This document shows positions 18,739-27,287 of a stretch of DNA of 64,000 bases, piece by piece. The position numbers and the translations under genes were made by a program. The stretch lies in the NCBI GenBank assembly GCA_029262675.1, contig JAJCYW010000009.1, positions 47,198 to 111,197 on the forward strand. The letters run 5' to 3'. Source of the DNA: Chloroflexota bacterium (GTDB lineage: Bacteria > Chloroflexota > Dehalococcoidia > DSTF01 > RBG-16-68-14). The notes below the pieces were generated by a model. That model worked only from the letters and a program-made list of their open reading frames with translations. It had not been told where the DNA came from and searched no databases. Position 1 is the first letter of the stretch. Every line of letters starts with the position of its first letter.

Positions 18739-20511
18739 GTGTCGGAGATGGTGATGCCGCGCGCACGCGATGTCGATCTAGGCACAACCGGCGCGCTTGT
18801 GACCGTCTATGGGACCAGTTCTGACGACAGGCTCGAGGGTATGGCGCTTGGCGACTTCAACGGCGACGGGAACCAGGACATTGTCGTAGCAGCACCCCGC
18901 GCGGACGGCCCTGACGATTCGCGGCGCGACGCGGGAGAAGTCTACGTCATCCTCGGCTCTGAAGCGCTCCCGACCGTTCATGACCTCGCCGAAGGTGCGC
19001 ACCAGACCGTGATTTTCGGAGCGGACCAGTTTGACAGGCTCGGCCGTTCGCTTGTCAGCGCTGATTTCAACGATGACGGTCTTGACGACTTCGCGCTCGG
19101 TGCCCGTGGCGATGGGCTGGCAAATGGGAAGGAAGATGTGGGCGAAGTATACATCTTCTTCGGCAAGCCTCGCATGCCCTCTTCCATCGACCTTGCCAGC
19201 CAGAGCCCGGACGTGTTGCTCATTGGCGCTGACCCGCAGGACGACTTTGGACAGTCGCTTGCCGTTGGCGAACTAGACGGCGACGGCATAGCCGACCTCG
19301 CTCTGGGAGCCGACAACGCAAACGGCGAAAACAATGAGCGCCAGGACGCTGGGGAAGTGCATGTCATGCTGGGCAGCCTGCGATTCCCCTCTCGCTTCGA
19401 CCTCGCCCAAGATTCGCTTGACGCCACGTTCATCGGCGCCGACATCGATGACGAATTCGGGTCCAACATCGCCATCGGCGACGTGAACGGCGATGGTAGC
19501 GATGACCTCGTGGTCTCTGCCGAAGACGCAAACGGACCTGAGAACGGCCGGGGCCAGGCGGGAGAAGCCTACGTCATCTTCGGTCCTGTCGAACCCAACA
19601 CCACAATCGACGTCTTGAATGTGGGCCCCGATGTGACCGTCTTTGGCGCGGACACCGATGACCGGCTGGGCGAAGCTCTGGCGGTGGGGGATGTGACCGG
19701 CGACGGCGTCGCAGACTTGGTCATCGGAGCGCCGAGGGCCGATGGCCCCAACAACGCCCGAAGCAGAGCTGGCGAAGCGTACCTCATTCGCGGTTCATCC
19801 AGCATGCCCTCAGCAATCGATCTGGCCGACGAGGGAAGCGCGCTCGTGATCTTGGGGACGGAGCGCGGCGATGACCTCGGCGGCGCCCTGGCCGCTGGAC
19901 TGGACCTAGACGGCGACGGCATCGGCGACCTACTAGTCGCGGCCGACAACGCCGCAGGTCCGGGCAACCGCCGCTTTAGAGCCGGGGAAGTTTATGTCAT
20001 CCTCGGCTCTAGCGAGTTTGAGCCGCTTCTTGAGCCGTTTATTGACACGGCGCGACGCGCTCAATCGTTCACGATCATCGGCGCGGATGATCACGACGAC
20101 CTGGGCTCGTTTGTCGGTGGAGGAGATTTTGATGGAGACGGTCAGGTCGATCTCCTGTTGGCGGCTCAAACGGGAAACGGACCTGAGGGACGGCGCACGT
20201 CGGCCGGCGAAGTCTACATACTCTCCGGCGGGGACATCGATAGGGATGGCGTGCTCGATATCACAGATAACTGCGTCGATGAGGGGAATCCCGAGCAAGA
20301 AGACGTCGATGGTGACGGTTTGGGTGACACGTGTGATTCATCGCCTACCGCGCAGTCGCGTTCGTCCTCGGCGCCGCGAGCGCTTGACGTAATGCACGTG
20401 GGACAGCTACTCTTGCCTGCATCTGTCCGCATTCGCTGCGGCCCAGAAGCACAATGTGGCGTCGCCGCGAGTGTCCGAGTAGGGCGGGGGAGCGGAGAGC
20501 GCCTGGCTTAA
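18739..20511 (+). CDS. FG-GAP (integrin-alpha-like beta-propeller) repeat protein with C-terminal thrombospondin type-3 Ca-binding repeats
   Basis: About 9 repeats of ...GD(F/V)NGDG..D(L/I)V(V/I)(S/G)A...A(D/N)GP...(G/A)GE(V/A)Y(V/I)(I/F)(L/F)G. C-terminal DRDGVLDITDNCVDEGNPEQEDVDGDGLGDTCD is TSP3-like. A hydrophobic segment lies in-frame upstream (see findings). Confidence 0.7.
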   Translation: MSEMVMPRARDVDLGTTGALVTVYGTSSDDRLEGMALGDFNGDGNQDIVVAAPRADGPDDSRRDAGEVYVILGSEALPTVHDLAEGAHQTVIFGADQFDRLGRSLVSADFNDDGLDDFALGARGDGLANGKEDVGEVYIFFGKPRMPSSIDLASQSPDVLLIGADPQDDFGQSLAVGELDGDGIADLALGADNANGENNERQDAGEVHVMLGSLRFPSRFDLAQDSLDATFIGADIDDEFGSNIAIGDVNGDGSDDLVVSAEDANGPENGRGQAGEAYVIFGPVEPNTTIDVLNVGPDVTVFGADTDDRLGEALAVGDVTGDGVADLVIGAPRADGPNNARSRAGEAYLIRGSSSMPSAIDLADEGSALVILGTERGDDLGGALAAGLDLDGDGIGDLLVAADNAAGPGNRRFRAGEVYVILGSSEFEPLLEPFIDTARRAQSFTIIGADDHDDLGSFVGGGDFDGDGQVDLLLAAQTGNGPEGRRTSAGEVYILSGGDIDRDGVLDITDNCVDEGNPEQEDVDGDGLGDTCDSSPTAQSRSSSAPRALDVMHVGQLLLPASVRIRCGPEAQCGVAASVRVGRGSGERLA

Positions 20512-22328
20512 TGTTCCGCCGTCTGCTGAGCTACTTAGTCCCTCAACGCTTCCTTATGGGTGGCGTCATTGGCACTATGCTCGCGAGCACTCTGGTCGCG
20601 ATGGCCGTGCCGTGGCCACTCAAGCTCATTGTCGACAACGTTCTCGGGCTACAGCCCCTCTTCGGACGCGAGATCGAGGGCACCGGCCAGCAGGTGCTAC
20701 TGGCGTTGGCCGCGTTCGGGTTCATTCTTCTCGCCGCGCTGAAAGGCTCGCTCACGGCTGTCCGAAGCCGCTGGGTGGCCCGCGTGAGCCAATCGGCGGG
20801 CCTCGAAATGCGACGCGACCTATACGCGCAGCTACAGAGGCTCTCCCTTCGCTTCCACGACACCAGCCGGACGGGCGATATTATCACCCGCATCACGACC
20901 GACGTGGACAGGCTTCAGAGCGCGTTCGTTTCCGGCCTCAGCCTATTCTCAGTAGACATGCTGACGGTCCTCGGAATCGCCGTCGTCATGTTCCTCGTAG
21001 ACTGGCAGTTCGCTCTCGTGGCGATGATCGTCCTGCCCAGCCTGCTCCTGATCTACACGAAATTCCGCGGCCGTGTGAAAGAAGCCGCGGTCGAGGCCCG
21101 GCAGAGCGAAGGCGGCATGGCGTCCGTCGCGCAAGAGATGCTCTCATCCATTCGAGTGGTGAAGGCGTTTGGACAGGAAGACCAGGAGCAGGAGCGATTC
21201 GACACGAAGACCAAGTCGAAAGCCGATGCGAGTGTTGAAGTTGCGACCTGGGAGGGGCTGTTCTCACTTTGGATCGAGCTGGCGACGGCAGCAGGTATCG
21301 CCGCCGTCCTCTGGTACGGGGGCTGGCGTGTGCTCGCGGGAAACCTGACGGTTGGGGAGATGATCCTGTTCAGCCAGTACCTGACCACACTCTATAGTCC
21401 GCTTCGACGTCTCAGCCGGCTGACGACCCTGGTGCAGCGCGCGAGCGCCAGCGCCGATCGTCTGAGCGAGATCTTCGACCTCGAAGCTGAGGTGCCAGAG
21501 GCCCCGGAGCCTGTGCATATCGAACGCGCGTCGGGCCGTCTGCAGCTAGAGCAGGTATCGTTCTCGTACTTCGGTGGCCAACCGGTGTTACAGGGCATCG
21601 ATCTCGATCTTGCGGCCGGCGAGACGCTCGCGCTCGTCGGCCCGACGGGTACCGGCAAGTCGACGCTCGTCAGCCTGATCCCCAGGTTCTACGATCCCGG
21701 AGAAGGCCGCATCCTCCTCGACGGCACCGACCTTCGACAGCTAGAGGTCAAAGCCTTACGCAGGCAAATCTCGTTTGTTCTGCAGGACACGGCTCTCTTT
21801 TCTGGCACGATCCGAGACAACATCGCCTACGGTCAGCCGGACGCCGGCGATGCCGCAATAATCGCTGTGGCGAAAGCCGCCAACGCCCACGCGTTCATCG
21901 AGGGCTTTCCTGATGGTTACGACGCTTCTGTTGGCGAGCGAGGCGTCACCCTCTCTGGCGGCCAGCGCCAGCGGATCGCGATCGCGCGTGCGCTCCTTCG
22001 CGACACGCCGATCCTGATCCTGGACGAGCCGACATCGGCCGTAGACAAGCAATCGGAGTCACTCATTCTCGAAGCCCTGTCGCGCTTGATCGAAGGCCGG
22101 ACAGTTGTGATCATCGCCCACCGGCTGGGGACGCTCGACCTCGTCGACCGCGTCGCGGTGCTGTTGGAGGGCAGGATTGCCTTTGCCGGCACGCCCAACG
22201 AGGCGATGCAGAAGCATCCAGACTTGCTGACGTCCCTGCAGGACTCTGGCAGATTAACCGCGCCGCAGGGTGCGGAGCGTGTGCCGCCGGTTACGGCGGC
22301 GAAGCCGAGAGGGAGAAGCCGTACGTGA
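20511..22328 (+). CDS. ABC exporter, fused permease + ATPase (MsbA-like)
   Basis: Six TM helices then an NBD with Walker A GPTGTGKST, signature LSGGQRQR and Walker B ILILDE. The start overlaps the upstream stop (TAATG). Confidence 0.85.
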   Translation: MFRRLLSYLVPQRFLMGGVIGTMLASTLVAMAVPWPLKLIVDNVLGLQPLFGREIEGTGQQVLLALAAFGFILLAALKGSLTAVRSRWVARVSQSAGLEMRRDLYAQLQRLSLRFHDTSRTGDIITRITTDVDRLQSAFVSGLSLFSVDMLTVLGIAVVMFLVDWQFALVAMIVLPSLLLIYTKFRGRVKEAAVEARQSEGGMASVAQEMLSSIRVVKAFGQEDQEQERFDTKTKSKADASVEVATWEGLFSLWIELATAAGIAAVLWYGGWRVLAGNLTVGEMILFSQYLTTLYSPLRRLSRLTTLVQRASASADRLSEIFDLEAEVPEAPEPVHIERASGRLQLEQVSFSYFGGQPVLQGIDLDLAAGETLALVGPTGTGKSTLVSLIPRFYDPGEGRILLDGTDLRQLEVKALRRQISFVLQDTALFSGTIRDNIAYGQPDAGDAAIIAVAKAANAHAFIEGFPDGYDASVGERGVTLSGGQRQRIAIARALLRDTPILILDEPTSAVDKQSESLILEALSRLIEGRTVVIIAHRLGTLDLVDRVAVLLEGRIAFAGTPNEAMQKHPDLLTSLQDSGRLTAPQGAERVPPVTAAKPRGRSRT

Positions 22329-25300
22329 GACACATCGCATTCGTTACCGCACTCATACTCGTTGCCGTCTTCGTACAGGTCACGCCTGCGCCCGCGGGAA
22401 CTCTTGTCGACATCGATCTCGCGATAGACACGCCCATCGCAAGAATCATCGGCCCCGGCTTCGCCGATCAGCTTAATGAGGTAGCGGTCGGCGACGTGAA
22501 CGACGACGGCATCGGCGATGTGATCATCGGCGCACCGAACGCGGACGTCAACGGTCCCCCTGTTCGCACGGACGCGGGAGAGGTGTACGTGGTGTTTGGC
22601 GGCGCGGGCGTTGCCGGAACGCTGGATCTCGACGCCGGCGCGGCGGACATCGTGATTCAGGGCGCAGAGGCATCGGATTCGCTCGGCCGTGCCGTCGCGA
22701 GCGGGGATGTGAACGCCGATGGCATCGATGACATCATCATCGCCGCGAAGGCGTCTGGCGACAGCAACGCGCGGCCGGCCGCCGGGGAAGTGTATATCAT
22801 CTTCGGCTCGACCTCTCTGAGCGGCACGAAAGACATTCTTGCCAACGACCAGGACGTACGAATCATCGGCGCTGATTCAGGCGATGACCTGGGGGCTGCG
22901 CTGGCAGTCGGTTTTCTCACCGGCGATGCGGACGGCGACCTCGTAATCGGCGCGGACAACGCGGATGGGCCGCCGGGCAGTTCGCGGCCTAACGCCGGCG
23001 AGGTCTACCTGATAGCGGGAACATCTGGGTTGCCCGCGATAATCGATCTCTCCGGCGGGCTGAGCAGCGCCAGCGCGATCGTGTACGGGGCTGAGGGCGG
23101 CGACGATGTTGGAACGGCTCTTGGGGTCGGCAACCTTAATGGTAGCGGCCCGGACGACTTAGCTATCGGCGCGGACGATGCGGAGGGTCCGGGGAACGCC
23201 CGCGCCGGCGCAGGCGAGGCGTACGGGCTGGCCGGGGAACTAGTCACGGGCGCCGTTGACCTCGCGGGGTCGGTCGCCAGGCTGACGATTCTGGGCGCGG
23301 AAGCAGGCGACAACCTGGGTACGGAGCTGGCGGTTGCTGACGTGAACAATGATGGCAAGGCCGATGTTGTCGTTTCGGCAGACACAGCCAACGGGCCAGG
23401 GAACGGGCGATTGGACGCGGGGGAGGCTTACGTCGTCTACGGCCGTTCGTCACTGAGCGAAACGGTAGATATCGCTTCGGATGAACAGGACGTGACCATC
23501 TTCGGCGCTGGCGTCCTCGATGGGCTCGGTGGCGCAGTCGCGGTCGGTGATACGACGGGCGATGGTGTGGCGGACATCGTGGTGTCGAATACCAATGGAA
23601 ACGGGCCACCAGGTGACTCCCGTCCAGGCGCTGGCGAAGCATACTTAATCGCCGGTTCCACAAACCTGCCGGCAAATCTGGACATAGCAACCTCCGCTTT
23701 ATTCATCACGATATATGGCGCGGGACCGCAGGACGATCTGGGGCGGGCCTTGGCCATCGGCAACGTAGCCGGGGGTAGTGGACAGGAGATCGTTGTCGCG
23801 GCATCGAAGGCGGACGGTGACCCGGATCCCCCAACCAAATGTCTAGACAACTGTCGAGCAAACGCGGGAGAGGTCTACGTCATCGGCCTTCCGGGCGCCG
23901 ATGCCACCGCAACGCCAACATCGACCTCGGCGTCGACGTCGACGCCGATGCCAACCACAACGCCGGGGTCGACTCCGGTTGTTACCGCGACGGATACGCC
24001 AGCGGCCACGGCCACAGTTCCGGCCACGCCGGGGGTCACGGCTACGCCGCCTGCTTCGTCGACACCGGCCGCGACATCTACGGCACCAGCGATTGCGACG
24101 CCGACGAATACACTGGAACCAACCCCGACGGCAACAGCGACGTCTGCGCCGAAGGTCTACGGCGACGCGAACTGCGACAGCACCGTGAACGCCGTCGACT
24201 CGGCGTTCATCCTGCAGTTACAGGCCGGTCTGATAAGCTCGCTGCCCTGCGAGGATGAGGCGGACGTCAACCGCGACGGCCTCCTCAATCCCATAGATTC
24301 CACGCTTATTCTGCAGTTCAGCGCGGGGCTGCTCAACAACCTGGGTCCTTCCGGCGCTTCAGCCACGTCTGAGGTCGCGCAGGCCGCGGGCGTGGCGCGC
24401 GCGCCGCTGGCACAGGACTCCCTCACGATCGATCTGGCGTCAGCGAGCCCGGCAGCGCGGGTGATCGGTGCAGCTATCGGCGACCAGCTGAATGAACTTG
24501 CGCTGGGCGACATGAATGGAGACGGCGTTCGCGACATCCTGATCGGCGCGCCTCGAGCGAACGGACCGGACGCGCGCCCGAACGCTGGCGCAGCCTTTGT
24601 TGTGTTCAGAGGCGCGGGCCTTCCGGCGACACGGGACCTCGCTGGATCTCCGCCGGATGTCACGATCTATGGAAGCGATGCGTTCGACGGGTTGGGCCGG
24701 TCGGTGGCGAGCGGTGACGTAAACGGCGACGGCGTCGACGACATCATCGTCGGGTCGCTCGGTTCCGGCGAGGGCAACGGACGCCCGGCGGCGGGTGAAG
24801 TCCACATCATCTTCGGCTCCAGCTCGCTGGGCGGGACGATAGACACGGCGAACGGGGGAGAAGACGTCCGCATCATCGGCGCGGACGTTGCCGACGACGC
24901 CGGCACGGCGCTGGCGGTGGCTGACATGAATGGCGATGGTGTCGCCGATCTGCTGATCGGAGCGGATGACGCGGCGGGGCCGGGGAACGCCCGGCCGAAT
25001 GCCGGCGAGATATATCTGATCTTGGGCAGGGCATCGTTGGGAGGAATCGTCGACCTGGCGGCCGGCGGCCCAAGCGCGACGGTGTACGGAGCGGAGTCGG
25101 GCGATGACATCGGCACGGCGCTGGCGGTAGGTGATATCGACGGTGACGGGCGTCTCGACCTGGTAATCGGTGCGGACGACGCGGCGGGGCCGGGGAACGC
25201 CCGCCCAGATGGGGGCGAGGTACACGTACTGTCCGGCACCGCGTTGAGCGGCACGGTCGACCTTGCCAGCAGCGTCAGGCGGCTGACGATCCTCGGCGCG

Positions 25301-26095
25301 GAGCCGACGGACAACTTCGGAACAAGGGTCGCGATCGGTGACGTGAACAACGATGGCTTGGTTGATGTGGTCGCATCGGCAGACATCGCCAGCGGCCCGG
25401 AGAATTCGCGGGGTGAGGCCGGCGAGGCATACGTCGTGTTCGGCCGGGCCTCGTTGAGCGGGACGGTCGACATCGCCGACGGTGGACAGGACGTGACGAT
25501 CCTGGGCGCGGATCTCATCGACAGGCTCGGCGGCGCGCTGGCAGTGGGGGACGTCACGGGCGACGGCGTCGCGGACATCGTGATAAGCAGCGACGACGGG
25601 GACGGGCCCACGAACGAGCGTTTCAACGCCGGCGAAGTGTACGTGATCGCCGGATCACCCGGCTTGTCGGGAACTGTGGACATCCTCACAGGCGGGCAGG
25701 GACTGACGATCTTCGGCGCCGACGTTGGCGATGATCTTGGACGCTCGATGACGGTAGGTAATGTGCTGGGCGACGGCGTACTGGAGATCGTCGTGTCGGC
25801 CTCCAAGGCGGACGGAGAAGCGAACGCCCGCAGCGAAGCTGGCGAAGTCTACGTCATCAATCTGGGAGGCGAAGCTGGACCTGGTGACGCACCCAACGGA
25901 AACGCTAACCATAGCCCTGGCGGACAGACCGCCGCCCCGGGATCAATCTATGCCAGCCTCGGCTCCGGCCCGAGCGCGGGATCTGGAAACGCCGGGCTAC
26001 CCTGGACAACGCTGATCGCGTTGTTAACTATGGGCGGCATCCTGCTGGGAGCGGGAGCTGCCGCACAGATACGCCTACGGGCCGGACATCGTTAG
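22325..26095 (+). CDS. giant (1256 aa) surface protein: signal peptide, ~9 FG-GAP blades, Thr/Pro linker, dockerin-like module, ~9 FG-GAP blades, C-terminal TM anchor
   Basis: N-terminal MRHIAFVTALILVAVFVQVTPAPA (signal). Repeated GDVN(A/D)DG...AGEVY motifs. Linker TPTSTSASTSTPMPTTTPGSTP.... Central module YGDANCDSTVNAVDSAFILQLQAGLISSLPCEDEADVNRDGLLNPIDSTLILQFSAGLL is a dockerin-type duplicated EF-hand. C-terminal LPWTTLIALLTMGGILLGAGAAAQIRLRAGHR. GTGA start/stop overlap with the ABC gene. Confidence 0.75.
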   Translation: MRHIAFVTALILVAVFVQVTPAPAGTLVDIDLAIDTPIARIIGPGFADQLNEVAVGDVNDDGIGDVIIGAPNADVNGPPVRTDAGEVYVVFGGAGVAGTLDLDAGAADIVIQGAEASDSLGRAVASGDVNADGIDDIIIAAKASGDSNARPAAGEVYIIFGSTSLSGTKDILANDQDVRIIGADSGDDLGAALAVGFLTGDADGDLVIGADNADGPPGSSRPNAGEVYLIAGTSGLPAIIDLSGGLSSASAIVYGAEGGDDVGTALGVGNLNGSGPDDLAIGADDAEGPGNARAGAGEAYGLAGELVTGAVDLAGSVARLTILGAEAGDNLGTELAVADVNNDGKADVVVSADTANGPGNGRLDAGEAYVVYGRSSLSETVDIASDEQDVTIFGAGVLDGLGGAVAVGDTTGDGVADIVVSNTNGNGPPGDSRPGAGEAYLIAGSTNLPANLDIATSALFITIYGAGPQDDLGRALAIGNVAGGSGQEIVVAASKADGDPDPPTKCLDNCRANAGEVYVIGLPGADATATPTSTSASTSTPMPTTTPGSTPVVTATDTPAATATVPATPGVTATPPASSTPAATSTAPAIATPTNTLEPTPTATATSAPKVYGDANCDSTVNAVDSAFILQLQAGLISSLPCEDEADVNRDGLLNPIDSTLILQFSAGLLNNLGPSGASATSEVAQAAGVARAPLAQDSLTIDLASASPAARVIGAAIGDQLNELALGDMNGDGVRDILIGAPRANGPDARPNAGAAFVVFRGAGLPATRDLAGSPPDVTIYGSDAFDGLGRSVASGDVNGDGVDDIIVGSLGSGEGNGRPAAGEVHIIFGSSSLGGTIDTANGGEDVRIIGADVADDAGTALAVADMNGDGVADLLIGADDAAGPGNARPNAGEIYLILGRASLGGIVDLAAGGPSATVYGAESGDDIGTALAVGDIDGDGRLDLVIGADDAAGPGNARPDGGEVHVLSGTALSGTVDLASSVRRLTILGAEPTDNFGTRVAIGDVNNDGLVDVVASADIASGPENSRGEAGEAYVVFGRASLSGTVDIADGGQDVTILGADLIDRLGGALAVGDVTGDGVADIVISSDDGDGPTNERFNAGEVYVIAGSPGLSGTVDILTGGQGLTIFGADVGDDLGRSMTVGNVLGDGVLEIVVSASKADGEANARSEAGEVYVINLGGEAGPGDAPNGNANHSPGGQTAAPGSIYASLGSGPSAGSGNAGLPWTTLIALLTMGGILLGAGAAAQIRLRAGHR

Positions 26096-26149
26096 GAGAA
26101 TGAGCATGCCATCGAACGTCAGTAGCACTATGGAGGACAGGTACTAGTC

Positions 26150-27172
26150 ATGGCGAAGAATCCGCTGTTCTTTCTCGTTGGATGCTCGCGATCCGGAACG
26201 ACACTGGTTCAACACATGATGGACGCGCATGAGCAACTGGCGGTTGTCCCGGAGACGCGCTGGTTCGTTCATTGGTTCGACAAGCGCTACGGCATATCGG
26301 AAGACGGATTCGTTACTCCCGATCTGGTTCCCAGGTTGCTTCAGCGGCATCGCCTGTTCAGAGATGCGGACATCGGCGTGACGCAGCAGCAACTGGAACA
26401 CTTGGTTTCGGATGGCGGGAAAATGCGGTATCAGGATTTCGTTTCAATCCTCTTCGATCGCTATGCCGAGGCACGCGGCGTCGCGCACGCGGGAAACAAG
26501 ACTCCCGGATATGTGCGCAGCCTGCAAACCATCCACTTACTGTGGCCGGCCGCCAAGCTTATCCACGTCATTCGCGACGGGCGCGAGGTGAGTCTCTCCA
26601 TCATCCAGAAGCGGACGATGAGAAACCGGCCGGGCAAGCCGGGTGGCCGCTTCGCGACATGGCAAGAAGACGCGGTGACGACGTCGGCGCTCTGGTGGGA
26701 GTGGAACGTCAGGCTCGGCCAGGAAGCCGGCAGAGCCATCGGCCCCGGCCACTACTACGAGCTTCGCTACGACGCGCTCGTCGCGCGCCCTGAGGCCGAG
26801 AGCAGAGCCCTGTGCGATTTCCTAGGTGTGCCGTTCGACGATGCGATGCTCCGCCATCATGAGGGGCGCGTGAAAGCGGATCCCCGCCTGGTCGAGAAGC
26901 ACACAGGGCTAGATAAGCCCGTGACCGCCGGGATGCGAAACTGGAACACAGAGATGCCGCGCGACGATATCGAACGATTCGAAGCCTCGGCCGGCGGTCT
27001 CTTGGAAGAACTCGGCTACGAGTTCGGCGTTCAGAACCATTCGCCGGAGAGTCTAGCGCACGCGGCGCGACTTCGAGGGCTGTTCATGGGACGGCCCTTG
27101 CCAGAAAACTGGCGCGCCTGGAATGGCACGCGCGGTTCAGTAGAGGCGCATGCAGACCACGTGGGAAACTGA
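26150..27172 (+). CDS. sulfotransferase-family protein (Stf0 / Sulfotransfer_3-like)
   Basis: N-terminal 5'-PSB loop FFLVGCSRSGTTL, plus ...HVIRDGREV and ...YYELRYDALV motifs typical of the family. Confidence 0.65.
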   Translation: MAKNPLFFLVGCSRSGTTLVQHMMDAHEQLAVVPETRWFVHWFDKRYGISEDGFVTPDLVPRLLQRHRLFRDADIGVTQQQLEHLVSDGGKMRYQDFVSILFDRYAEARGVAHAGNKTPGYVRSLQTIHLLWPAAKLIHVIRDGREVSLSIIQKRTMRNRPGKPGGRFATWQEDAVTTSALWWEWNVRLGQEAGRAIGPGHYYELRYDALVARPEAESRALCDFLGVPFDDAMLRHHEGRVKADPRLVEKHTGLDKPVTAGMRNWNTEMPRDDIERFEASAGGLLEELGYEFGVQNHSPESLAHAARLRGLFMGRPLPENWRAWNGTRGSVEAHADHVGN

Positions 27173-27287
27173 CGAGATCGGACGGCCAGCGGTCGTTCAA
27201 CTGCAAACAGGCGCGAGAGAACGGAATGGCACGGGATGCCCGTGGAATCAGGCCAAGGACGGCCGGACTGATGAACGGAGGAGAGAC

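Noticed and set aside
18207-18785. Minus-strand ORFs 18207..18449 and 18453..18785 between glgA and the FG-GAP gene
   Set aside because: No RBS or motifs. They overlap the in-frame hydrophobic leader of the FG-GAP gene on the opposite strand, so they are more likely non-coding.
22468-25806. Long antisense ORFs inside the giant FG-GAP gene (for example 24667..25806, 379 aa; 23005..23391)
   Set aside because: Typical high-GC shadow ORFs: low-complexity Pro/Ser/Ala/Arg-rich products, fully overlapped by a strongly motif-supported sense gene.
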